Shown here: in pieces, positions 28,484 through 36,742 of the stretch
Numbering within the stretch: position 1 is the stretch's first letter
How the letters are laid out: every line of letters starts with the position of its first letter
IMG/VR virus record: IMGVR_UViG_3300026196_000010
Coordinates: 1-46,665 of that record
Direction: 5' to 3' (one strand)
DNA length: 46,665 nucleotides
DNA from: a virus
Taxonomy: Duplodnaviria; Caudoviricetes
The notes under the pieces: model-generated
What the model was told of the DNA's origin: nothing
The model's database searches: none
What the model saw: the letters and a program-made list of their open reading frames with translations, nothing else
Made by a program: the position numbers and the translations under genes

Positions 28484-28851
28484 TATTTCTTTTGGCGCTT
28501 ATTCTTATCACTCACAAATTTAAGGAGATTGAAATATTGTTTCGTGGAAAGCGACTTTATAGGCTCATTCATATACGGCGCAAGTACTATACAGTTCTGT
28601 TCAAAATCATTATCATATTTCAGTTCATCACTGTTATTACCGTAGAAGTTCTTTATCTTCATGGTTCGCGCAGTACTTAAATCTATTTTGTCTATCTCTT
28701 CTGAATAATCCTTATCTTCTATGATACCCTTTAGCTGATAGATCAGTTTTTGCTTCTGATCGCGCCAGTGTTTATGTGATAATGGATTAGAGAACTGTGA
28801 AGGAAAGAAATCTTCTAAATCGCTGTAGACTTTTTCGCGTATCTCATTAAC
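28483..28851 (-). CDS. Tail assembly chaperone, -1 frameshift extension (gpT-like part)
   Basis: Open -1 frame of 122 codons, VNEIREKVYSDLEDFFPSQF...VSDKNKRQKK, starting at A-AAA-AAG (28857-28851). Confidence 0.8.
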   Translation of the reverse strand, partial: VNEIREKVYSDLEDFFPSQFSNPLSHKHWRDQKQKLIYQLKGIIEDKDYSEEIDKIDLSTARTMKIKNFYGNNSDELKYDNDFEQNCIVLAPYMNEPIKSLSTKQYFNLLKFVSDKNKRQKK

Positions 28852-29255
28852 TTTTTTTTTAGAATATCCTGTGTTAGACCTCTATCGGATAGCTCTTTCA
28901 GCATCCTGTTAAGTGCATCTTCTGATGTATCATCATTCTCAACTCCATTGATAGAATGAACCAGGCAGGCGAAACTGAGATGTTCTACGCTGACATCGTT
29001 CTGTATGTTGTAAACCAGGATACGAAAGTTCTGCAACTCAGCTTTACATTTTTCTTTATCACCAGCCAGCAAGATCAGCTTATTGAAATGATTCAGATCA
29101 AAGTCCTGGATAGAAGATCCTATACTATCATGCAGCATCCAATACTTATTAGCCTTGTTGAACCGCTCAATAGGTAGCTGATCAATATCATCATACATTT
29201 TTAGAACGGTTCGCCTTAAACCTTTCTGAAATGTTATCTCTATCATACGGTACAA
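28815..29255 (-). CDS. Tail assembly chaperone (gpG-like)
   Basis: Upstream of tape measure; CTA AAA AAA AAG slippery site near the 3' end. Confidence 0.75.
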   Translation of the reverse strand: MYRMIEITFQKGLRRTVLKMYDDIDQLPIERFNKANKYWMLHDSIGSSIQDFDLNHFNKLILLAGDKEKCKAELQNFRILVYNIQNDVSVEHLSFACLVHSINGVENDDTSEDALNRMLKELSDRGLTQDILKKKLMRYAKKSTAI

Positions 29256-29818
29256 TCTTGCAAATAGTTTAACTCAATCTCAAAGCGTATCATTGAACGC
29301 GGCTCCATTAGGTTATCATCAACATCATACCCATCAAACACGTCAAGCGGCTTATTCTCTATCATGTTCAGTATCTTGACAGCCCCTTTGGATATGTTAG
29401 CAAAGTTAATTTTTTCTATCAACTCATTGCGACATACCGAATGCGTAACGTTGTAATCCTGCCCCTGTGATATGAGCTTATTATCTAAACAAACAATTAA
29501 TGCTACTACTTGAATTATCTGCGGATACTTACGTCTACCTGTATTCTCAGCATAGTCGAACTCAGCATTATCCACCAGGTCCCAAAATGCGTAACTTTTA
29601 AATACATCAGCGGGCCACGGACGTACATCCAGTGAATCTGACCGCGTACCAGTGTAAACAACGGGAGCCTGTTCATCTTCTATCGTAACACGTTTGGCAA
29701 GTCCAAATGAATACTCAAGCCAATCCAGTTCATCTATCTTCTGTTGAAGCTCTTGAACACGTTTCTCCGTTCCTAACAACTGAGAAAATATTGAAATTTT
29801 AGGTACTTTGTATGGCAT
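29243..29818 (-). CDS. Putative tail terminator/completion protein
   Basis: Position in the head-tail module. Confidence 0.5.
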   Translation of the reverse strand: MPYKVPKISIFSQLLGTEKRVQELQQKIDELDWLEYSFGLAKRVTIEDEQAPVVYTGTRSDSLDVRPWPADVFKSYAFWDLVDNAEFDYAENTGRRKYPQIIQVVALIVCLDNKLISQGQDYNVTHSVCRNELIEKINFANISKGAVKILNMIENKPLDVFDGYDVDDNLMEPRSMIRFEIELNYLQDCTV

Positions 29819-30260
29819 CTTTGAATTGTATTATTAAGTCCGATTTAACTAATTGTCTTAACTCTTCTTTGTTCTCACTTGTCAACCCCAATGCATTCTC
29901 AAACCGACCCTGTCCCCATGTGCCTGAACTAAACTTGCTCCATTTATCATCTGTTGACGTTATGATGAACTGTTCAGGTTCTATCTTTAGTTTCATCTTA
30001 TCATGAAATGAACCTGTCCATTTGAGTGTAATATGATCAGTTCGCTTATAACGTGCGCGTCTTTTCTTTTGCTTAACTGTCGAAGGGGCATAGTCCAAAA
30101 TAGCACGTGGATTGTTCACGTCTACTATCCCCTCCTCCCACATCTGATCACGGTTCATAGCAAGTATCTCCAATTCGTTATCTTTGATGATACTGTTTAA
30201 GATAACCGGGAAGTTCTTGTACTTGCGAACCTTAGCTAATTTTCTGTTAAGTGAGCCCAT
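29799..30260 (-). CDS. Putative neck/tail completion protein
   Basis: Basic; YAPSTVKQK...HITLKWTGSF...LGLT pattern typical of virion morphogenesis proteins. Confidence 0.55.
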   Translation of the reverse strand: MGSLNRKLAKVRKYKNFPVILNSIIKDNELEILAMNRDQMWEEGIVDVNNPRAILDYAPSTVKQKKRRARYKRTDHITLKWTGSFHDKMKLKIEPEQFIITSTDDKWSKFSSGTWGQGRFENALGLTSENKEELRQLVKSDLIIQFKDAIQST

Positions 30261-30420
30261 TTATAAATTTTCAATCTTGATCTGATAAATAAAATCATAC
30301 AATGTGCATATAAATAAAATAAAAGTAATTTTGCACCATCCTTTGACCTGAAATTTATTATATCCCATTTATTTAAACTTTTCATTACATTACCCCCGTT
30401 TTAAGTTTCACGCTATATCC

Positions 30421-30600
30421 CTAATTTAATTCATTTGTATCAAAACTAAATCCCAGTTTACCACAAACCCTTAAATATCCCATGCCGTTTTTATTTATAT
30501 ACTCTTCAGCCTCTTTGAATGATTTAGCATCAATATTGGGACCGGACCACCACGCCCCATCTACAAACAACTCTGTTATATATTTATTATGATAAATCAT
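30421..30600 (-). CDS. Hypothetical protein, 59 aa
   Basis: Manual translation MIYHNKYITELFVDGAWWSGPNIDAKSFKEAEE... Confidence 0.55.
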   Translation of the reverse strand: MIYHNKYITELFVDGAWWSGPNIDAKSFKEAEEYINKNGMGYLRVCGKLGFSFDTNELN

Positions 30601-30612
30601 TATAATTTTATT

Positions 30613-30774
30613 TCATTTACAGCTCTCTTTAAGCCAAGACTCAAAAGACATACTTTCTTCTTCTTTTTTTGTCTCTAACAATTTGTTATAAAATTTATTC
30701 TCTCTGTTTCTGTTTATCATCTTCATTACTAAAATAGCGATGACAAGAACTGATAATACAATTAATCCCTCCAT
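30613..30774 (-). CDS. Small single-TM protein, 53 aa
   Basis: Manual translation MEGLIVLSVLVIAILVMKMINR...; TAATG coupling. Confidence 0.55.
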   Translation of the reverse strand: MEGLIVLSVLVIAILVMKMINRNRENKFYNKLLETKKEEESMSFESWLKESCK

Positions 30775-32045
30775 TACATTGCCCCCGTTTTAAGTTTCCT
30801 ACGCCCGTTATTATCCGGTAATACCTGGCTTATTCTGCTCAAATCAAATCCAACAGCTTTCTTCGCCTCTTTGAGCTTGTTAACGATAGTGTCCCCGTCA
30901 TCAGGAGCGTTAAACTCATACTGTATGACGTTCTTAGTAGCCGTATCTTGGTGTTTGTTGATACGTGAATTAGGATTGAACAGCATCTCTTTGAGCATAT
31001 CACTTGCAAACTGATAACCAAGAGCATTAACCAGTAGCGCTTTCTGGTTGACAAGCATCTCAGTGATATCTGACTCAACAGAGAAGCTGAAGTTAAGTCC
31101 GTAGTTAGTTGAACCATACCCCACTTTTTCAATATCAAATATATTCGTTCCATCCAGGTCGCCCGAAGCAACTTCAAAAGGTCGTATCTTCGCCCATTTG
31201 CTCCACTTGTAGTTCGCATTTGGATAACTGCCATTGCTGCACCCAAGAGCCTTTTGAATAGCCGATCCTGTAATGTCATCTTCAAAATAGCCTATATAAT
31301 ACATCCCGCCTGAGTCTATATTCTGACTATAATTTACATAATGTAACTCGTTACTGCCAGTTGTGGGACTGGTAGCAGATAACCAATCAAAAGAAGTAGC
31401 CGCACCAGATGTTAGTGTCCATGTACCAACTGCTGTCTTTTGCGATGAATGAAACAAATAAATAGTTAAATCCGTTTGTATCTCCGTGAACTGCAACCCT
31501 ATGTAATTGATAACCGCTTTTATGTTGTTGGATCGCTTCAGGTCTACCTCAAAACCAACAAACCTGCTGTTAGCCGTTATGGTGTCACCCTGTCTACCCG
31601 CTCCATCTACCACCTGAACAGAATCCAGAAAAGTCTTTGTAGACTCGTTTATCTTCTTAGATGTAAACAGATCATTACATAGTTTGTTAATAGCGGCATT
31701 CTCTTTATTCGTTATCCAGTCTAAAACAGGAGTTGTCCATGCTGTTGATGTCAACGAAGGTGTATCACCTGTTAGCATCGTTCGTGTAGCTTTGTAAGCC
31801 ACATTATCATATATCACATAAGAGCCGGTAGCATACCCAGTAGATGACCATGTAGAATAGTTCATAGCATCAAAATTAGGACATATCCAGTATAAGTTAT
31901 CGTATGTTATCAATGGATGATAATCATCATAATATACGCTCCCAGCGGCCCCTGTGAGTATGTTTACCGGGAAGTCTGGGTCTGCTGTATCGCGTAATCC
32001 TATCGAACCGATAAGGCTGGTTTTTAATGTGGCTACGTTAAACAT
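30774..32045 (-). CDS. Putative head-tail adaptor/structural protein, 423 aa
   Basis: Position between capsid and tail genes; WSSTGYATGSYVIYDNVAYKA resembles a CBM5/12-like insert. Confidence 0.55.
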   Translation of the reverse strand: MFNVATLKTSLIGSIGLRDTADPDFPVNILTGAAGSVYYDDYHPLITYDNLYWICPNFDAMNYSTWSSTGYATGSYVIYDNVAYKATRTMLTGDTPSLTSTAWTTPVLDWITNKENAAINKLCNDLFTSKKINESTKTFLDSVQVVDGAGRQGDTITANSRFVGFEVDLKRSNNIKAVINYIGLQFTEIQTDLTIYLFHSSQKTAVGTWTLTSGAATSFDWLSATSPTTGSNELHYVNYSQNIDSGGMYYIGYFEDDITGSAIQKALGCSNGSYPNANYKWSKWAKIRPFEVASGDLDGTNIFDIEKVGYGSTNYGLNFSFSVESDITEMLVNQKALLVNALGYQFASDMLKEMLFNPNSRINKHQDTATKNVIQYEFNAPDDGDTIVNKLKEAKKAVGFDLSRISQVLPDNNGRRKLKTGAM

Positions 32046-32377
32046 GGTTCTCTGTATGTTAGATAGTGATATTTAATTATTTCGTATCCTTTCTCTACAA
32101 CTACTTTCTTATCCGTATAAACCGGCTTTCCCTTTCTGGATGCGTATATGCTCGCTTCTCTTTTCGCATTGTCTTTATCCATAAATCTATGTCTGAACGG
32201 TAGCATAAGTATGTATAGATATGAATTATGCTTTAACTCATCTCTGGTTTTTAGAACAAACTCCCGGCCTGATAAATATCTGGACTCACAAATAAATATG
32301 TCTGTCTCAAGTTCTCTCATTCTTTCCTCGGCCTTCTCTTTGGCCATTTCATAAGTTGAATATACGTTTCCAGCCAT
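32033..32377 (-). CDS. Hypothetical protein
   Basis: 114 aa, coupled to its neighbours. Confidence 0.65.
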   Translation of the reverse strand: MAGNVYSTYEMAKEKAEERMRELETDIFICESRYLSGREFVLKTRDELKHNSYLYILMLPFRHRFMDKDNAKREASIYASRKGKPVYTDKKVVVEKGYEIIKYHYLTYREPCLT

Positions 32378-32611
32378 TTACCACTTATTTAAAGGACAAC
32401 TTTCTATCATACTACGAGCTTTAGCAGGTATGAAACAAGAACATTGCCTGCATACGTTACGATAATTAGAACCACACCCTGAACATATCTCAACACGTCG
32501 CATCGCCTCTGCCTCAGTTTCTTTGTCTTTCCAAATGACATTTGTCCATCCGGTTACTATTGAACCGATTTTTTCGGCAGGTGTCATATGTCCGCATCCC
32601 TTGCAACCCAT
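32378..32611 (-). CDS. Small Cys-rich protein
   Basis: RRVEICSGC...CRQCSCFIPAKAR...CPLNKW. Confidence 0.7.
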   Translation of the reverse strand: MGCKGCGHMTPAEKIGSIVTGWTNVIWKDKETEAEAMRRVEICSGCGSNYRNVCRQCSCFIPAKARSMIESCPLNKW

Positions 32612-32639
32612 AAAACAAAATTACAATATTTAATTGAAT

Positions 32640-32668
32640 AAAAAAACCCCCTACATTTCTGTAAGGGG
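32640..32668 (-). terminator. Intrinsic terminator closing the RAMP/GGC-NN cassette
   Basis: CCCCTTACAGAAATGTAGGGGG plus U tract, directly after array 3. Confidence 0.88.
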
Positions 32669-32672
32669 TGTT

Positions 32673-32736
32673 CCTTGCCTTGCCATGCCTCGCCCGGCCT
32701 TGCCTAGCCATGCCGTGCCGGGCCCTGCCGTGACTT
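32673..32736 (-). ncRNA. GGC-NN array 3 (11 units; candidate guide RNA)
   Basis: AAGTCAC leader, then GGC alternating with AG CC AC AT TA AA CG GA AT AA AA, then GG. Confidence 0.7.
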
Positions 32737-32753
32737 GTTTATATATCGTAAAG

Positions 32754-32832
32754 TTGTTTTTAAAATTTCCTCGCCTTGCCCTGCCAGGCCTTGCCGTGCC
32801 CTGCCCCGCCACGCCATGCCCAGCCGTGACTT
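32754..32832 (-). ncRNA. GGC-NN array 2 (11 units; candidate guide RNA)
   Basis: AAGTCAC leader, GGC alternating with TG AT GT GG AG AC AA CT AG AA GA, trailer GGAAATTTTAAAAACAA. Confidence 0.7.
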
Positions 32833-32834
32833 AT

Positions 32835-33248
32835 TTAAAACAATTTCTTTATGCCACTATCATATGACTTGACTGGTAATAGACTCCTGGCGGCATCTTT
32901 GATACCAACAATAAAACTTGCCTGAACGTCAATCCTTCGCTTATGCTGAACAACTTCGTCCTTGCTTAAATTGCGCTGATCAACACTAAGCATCTTTTTG
33001 TGATTTCGAAATAAGGCGCTTATATGCCTGCCAAAATAATTGTGATTGTAATTGCTGGCCTCGCTGTCTGTGAGAAATCTAATCCCGCCCTGTTCGACCT
33101 TAATTGTCACACCGCTGTTTGCATCATTGAACGCCTGACAAATAGCCATTAACTGAAAGTCACTTGGTACTTGCCCTAATTCATTTTCGATTTGTTCAGG
33201 GGTAATATAATCCCCTTTGCTAAAATTCTGCTTTAATAGTTCTTTCAT
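32835..33248 (-). CDS. Accessory protein of the RAMP/GGC-NN cassette
   Basis: 137 aa ORF between arrays 1 and 2; no family recognised. Confidence 0.75.
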   Translation of the reverse strand: MKELLKQNFSKGDYITPEQIENELGQVPSDFQLMAICQAFNDANSGVTIKVEQGGIRFLTDSEASNYNHNYFGRHISALFRNHKKMLSVDQRNLSKDEVVQHKRRIDVQASFIVGIKDAARSLLPVKSYDSGIKKLF

Positions 33249-33253
33249 CTTTT

Positions 33254-33339
33254 TTGTTTTTAAAATTTCCCTGCCTCGCCTTGCCTAGCCAAGCCTAGCC
33301 TAGCCTAGCCGTGCCAAGCCTAGCCACGCCCCGCCACGT
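33254..33339 (-). ncRNA. GGC-NN array 1 (13 units; candidate guide RNA)
   Basis: Starts 4 nt after the RAMP-like stop; GGC alternating with GG GT TA TT AC TA TA TA TT TA AA GA AG; same 17-nt trailer as array 2. Confidence 0.7.
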
Positions 33340-33921
33340 TTATTTAATGCTATTCACTTTGAATTTGCCAAACTTGGGCCTGTAATCACCGATACCCTTT
33401 TGCTCTCCGGCGACACGCAAAGCCTCAATAATATCAGACTTATCAATTAAATTTTCATTGAAAAGTGCATCAAACTCAACACTCCATTCATTGAAAATTG
33501 GCCTGGTTCTCATGACTGTATTAGATCCCTGCAATTTGATTGCACGCGTATCGTAAAAGTTATCATCTCCCTCAATAGTGTCAAGAGAGTAATATCTTCC
33601 CGTTCTGGGATTCTTCAGTTTGGGAGCCGACGGTACAACAAACCCGCTTTGAAACTGCTTCCCCTTCCTTGCGTCTTTGGCTCCGGCAACAACGCAGGAT
33701 TCTATGTTGATGTCAGGTAAAATAACATCATTTTCATCATTCAGATATAGTCCCATCCTCCATTCATTACGCGCAAGCCATTCGTGATCTTCGTCTGTCT
33801 TTTTACGCTTGCCGCTCACCTTCTTATACTCTTTTACATCTGTATCGAGCGGATTAGCTAAACGGTTGCTGTGCATCAACAGCGGAACAATACCCTCAAT
33901 CTCAATCTTTAGTTTTTTCAT
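33340..33921 (-). CDS. Stand-alone Cas7/RAMP-like protein (Vipr-like)
   Basis: N-terminal strand IEIEGIVPLLMH, ILPDINIESC helix start, RTRPIFNEWSVEF and C-terminal Gly-rich loop AGEQKGIGDYRPKFGKFKV. Confidence 0.7.
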   Translation of the reverse strand: MKKLKIEIEGIVPLLMHSNRLANPLDTDVKEYKKVSGKRKKTDEDHEWLARNEWRMGLYLNDENDVILPDINIESCVVAGAKDARKGKQFQSGFVVPSAPKLKNPRTGRYYSLDTIEGDDNFYDTRAIKLQGSNTVMRTRPIFNEWSVEFDALFNENLIDKSDIIEALRVAGEQKGIGDYRPKFGKFKVNSIK

Positions 33922-34169
33922 CTCTCTTTGTTTTGAATTAAAATATTAATTTTTTCTTCTAATTTGTTGTTATATTCATGTAACAATAATTCAAGATAGT
34001 TAAGGTCTATATCTTCTTTGTTTAATTCGTGAAGTATAGCATTAATATATTTAGGAGATTCGTTATCTCTTTTTTCTTTATCACAAAACGCGTTAGTAAT
34101 TGATACAGTAACAGCCTGTAAATTAAATGCTTTTTGTAATTTAACTATTTTTTCTTTTGAAAATTGCAT
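33918..34169 (-). CDS. Hypothetical protein, first gene of the RAMP cassette
   Basis: 83 aa, AT-rich; ATGA-coupled to the RAMP-like gene. Confidence 0.6.
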   Translation of the reverse strand: MQFSKEKIVKLQKAFNLQAVTVSITNAFCDKEKRDNESPKYINAILHELNKEDIDLNYLELLLHEYNNKLEEKINILIQNKER

Positions 34170-34191
34170 ATGTAAATTTATAACTTATTTA

Positions 34192-34210
34192 ATTAAGAAT
34201 GAATATAAAT
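34192..34210 (-). promoter_or_regulatory. 19-bp promoter box, copy F (promoter of the RAMP cassette)
   Basis: ATTAAGAATGAATATAAAT; 11-nt spacer, then TAAATTTA. Confidence 0.8.
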
Positions 34211-34211
34211 T

Positions 34212-34241
34212 AAAAAACCCCCACCATTACAGCAGGGGTTT
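34212..34241 (-). terminator. Intrinsic terminator after the capsid gene
   Basis: CCCCTGCTGTAATGGTGGGGG plus U tract. Confidence 0.85.
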
Positions 34242-34266
34242 CCAGAGATGAAAGAGAAAATATATA

Positions 34267-35310
34267 CTAGGTCAAAGAAAGCCTACTCTTATACACGTTA
34301 CCCGGAAGGGTAGCAGCACTTGAGTTGTAAGCCACGTTAAACGAGTAGTCAAAGCTAAAACTCCAACTTTCGCTCAGTGTAGCCTCAAGTCCAGTAGCAC
34401 GAGCGGTTCCACTAACGCCCTGGTTCGAACAGGTAGACTGATACAGAACACCTACGGGGATACCTAATAGAGGCAGGAAGAATGTTGACCATTCTTTACC
34501 ATCAGTTGAACTATGTTCCATCTGAGCATCTACATCAATCCAATTAAGAAACGCAAGCGAACCAACGGGCATAGCATAAACAGAATCCCTGTCACCAGTG
34601 GCAATGGTCACGCGTCTGGAGTATGCGAAGTTATATCCCCCAAACTGGAACGCGCGGTTCTCAGCGTTAGAGGTTCCTTGTGCGCTATACTCACGTACAA
34701 GAGCCTGAAAACGCGGAGAACTTACAACATTGATGTTGTCCTGTGGCAGATCGTTAGCAGCAAAGATACTCCCAAGTTCATTCAAGAACAGTTGGTTATC
34801 AGCAGCCGGGACAACCATGTCATTAGCAACAACCGTATAGGGGTTGCTATCAGCGTTGTTCGTCTGTGCTTTGTTGGTATTCAATGCTGTATGCGCAGCA
34901 GTGTCCAGAGCTTCAAGAAATGCACGTTGCATATGCAGCATCTTGTTATTGAAAGCGGCCTGATAAGAGATATAATTGTTGTTGTACTCAGCCGGGATCA
35001 TGTTAAACCCTGTCTTGATAGTAGTCCACGATGGAGTGACATATGCAGAAGTCAGCTCATGAGTTAGAGCATCACAGGTGCGTACACTAGCAGTGGTGAA
35101 ATCTTTCCTGTTGAGAACAGGGATGGAAACAGTACGAACGGGAGCCGTACGGTTAGCGGTCAGTTCATTATAACCAGGAAGCAAGTTCTCAGTATCGTTA
35201 ATGAACGTGGCAAATGCCCCGTAATTACTCATTCTATGTTCCCACGCGTCTAAATTAGACCTATCGTATGCTAAACGATACGGATCTAAACGTGTTGCAG
35301 CTAAAGCCAT
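34267..35310 (-). CDS. Major capsid protein
   Basis: 347 aa after the scaffold, followed by a terminator; RTVSIPVL and GFNMIPAEYNNNYISYQ recall Bacteroides B40-8-like capsids (from memory). Confidence 0.82.
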   Translation of the reverse strand: MALAATRLDPYRLAYDRSNLDAWEHRMSNYGAFATFINDTENLLPGYNELTANRTAPVRTVSIPVLNRKDFTTASVRTCDALTHELTSAYVTPSWTTIKTGFNMIPAEYNNNYISYQAAFNNKMLHMQRAFLEALDTAAHTALNTNKAQTNNADSNPYTVVANDMVVPAADNQLFLNELGSIFAANDLPQDNINVVSSPRFQALVREYSAQGTSNAENRAFQFGGYNFAYSRRVTIATGDRDSVYAMPVGSLAFLNWIDVDAQMEHSSTDGKEWSTFFLPLLGIPVGVLYQSTCSNQGVSGTARATGLEATLSESWSFSFDYSFNVAYNSSAATLPGNVYKSRLSLT

Positions 35311-35349
35311 ATTTTAAAGTTTTTACGCTGCAACATATGATGCAGCAGG

Positions 35350-36225
35350 TTATTTAATATTCAGTTTCTCTTGCCAATACCCTAAGGCGGCAAAATAGTC
35401 ATCCGTTCCCCTCTTTAGGCCAACATTCATGAGATGATCAATAAGACCGGCCATCGTCTTAACAGTATCAGGTACAGAGACGTTTACTATCGTCTTACCA
35501 TCCTCTGTCTTAGTGACAGGCTCTTTGATATCTACACCCGTTTGCTTACGCCCTTCGTCAATGATTGACTTTAGCTTTTCTTTCAGCTTAGCCTCCATCG
35601 TAATGATGTTATACTGATCATCACGCGTTGGTTCGCCAGCTTCATCCAGAAAGACTACATTACCATTTAAAAAAGATGCGCCTTTGATAACATCATCTTT
35701 AGCAATCTCAATCAATGCTTTTCGAGCATCTTCGGGTATGTTACCCAGAAACTTAATCCCCATAAGTGCATGATCTGCCTTGTTCATCAGCTTGACGCGG
35801 TTTATCTCGTTATCCTGAGATTCCTTAGTAGCTTTAAACTCATCCATCGTTTTTTGATACTTCTTTTGCAAAGCATCATAGTTACTCTGAACCATCTTTA
35901 AAGCCTCATCACCTGTTTTGTCATTGACAGCCTTTTCAAGCTCACCTATCTTTGTTTCTCTGCTTTGTATATCGTTTTTCAATGCAGTTAACTCAGATTT
36001 CAGAAACTCATGAGTCTTTAAATCGTGTGGCTTATCTTTACCTAACACGGATTTTATAGTATCATCATATTTCTGATGGACGCCTGAAACGTGCTCCTTA
36101 ATTCCTTTGGAGACCTCTGTTTCTTTATAATTTGTTAAGAACGTGTTGTAGTCCTCAGTAGGGACCACGTGCCAATCAGCGGTATCGTTTTCGTTGATCA
36201 ACTTCAATGCTTCTTCTTTGTTCAT
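35350..36225 (-). CDS. Capsid scaffolding protein
   Basis: Charged coiled-coil protein between portal and capsid. Confidence 0.7.
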   Translation of the reverse strand: MNKEEALKLINENDTADWHVVPTEDYNTFLTNYKETEVSKGIKEHVSGVHQKYDDTIKSVLGKDKPHDLKTHEFLKSELTALKNDIQSRETKIGELEKAVNDKTGDEALKMVQSNYDALQKKYQKTMDEFKATKESQDNEINRVKLMNKADHALMGIKFLGNIPEDARKALIEIAKDDVIKGASFLNGNVVFLDEAGEPTRDDQYNIITMEAKLKEKLKSIIDEGRKQTGVDIKEPVTKTEDGKTIVNVSVPDTVKTMAGLIDHLMNVGLKRGTDDYFAALGYWQEKLNIK

Positions 36226-36297
36226 ATCGTTTGGAACTTAAAAAGTTAACTTATTCGTATCGTATGGAATAAGCAGCTAAATAAATAAAAGAACTAA

Positions 36298-36729
36298 TTA
36301 ATTATCGAACTGTTTGTCCAATTTATAAACCTGGTAAACCTTGATCTTAGTAGTATCAAGTACAGTACCAGTCAATATCAATTTATGCCTTACATTCTTT
36401 GCATCTGTGCCTTCAATAAGTATCCCAGTAGCAGCAGTCATTGTATCACGCGCTGAAGTTAATTCAGTCCATGAAGTACCTGCATAATCATTGGATACCC
36501 ATAACGCAATAGCAGCATTTACAGAATCGCCAGATCCCACTTTAGTAGGTACGATCTGATAAGAGTAATCATACTCCTGTGGAATAACCGCAGGTAGCGT
36601 GATAGAAGTTGCCGTATTACCGATAACGGAGTCCGTACCGGCGGTTGCAAACATAATAGCAGAATGTGGTCCCTGTCCATACAGAGCCGCCCCTGCAATC
36701 AGAAATAATGTAATTAAGAGATTTTTCAT
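36298..36729 (-). CDS. Signal-peptide-bearing beta-rich protein in the head module
   Basis: MKNLLITLFLIAGAALYG-Q Sec-type signal. Confidence 0.7.
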   Translation of the reverse strand: MKNLLITLFLIAGAALYGQGPHSAIMFATAGTDSVIGNTATSITLPAVIPQEYDYSYQIVPTKVGSGDSVNAAIALWVSNDYAGTSWTELTSARDTMTAATGILIEGTDAKNVRHKLILTGTVLDTTKIKVYQVYKLDKQFDN

Positions 36730-36742
36730 ATTTATTTAATTA

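Noticed and set aside
32514-32867. ORFs 32514..32711 (-) and 32634..32867 (+)
   Set aside because: Low-complexity translations of the GGC-NN arrays that run through a terminator
32673-33339. Canonical CRISPR array or simple microsatellite
   Set aside because: No 25-45 bp repeats with spacers; invariant GGC with free NN and shared flanks does not fit slippage-derived repeats
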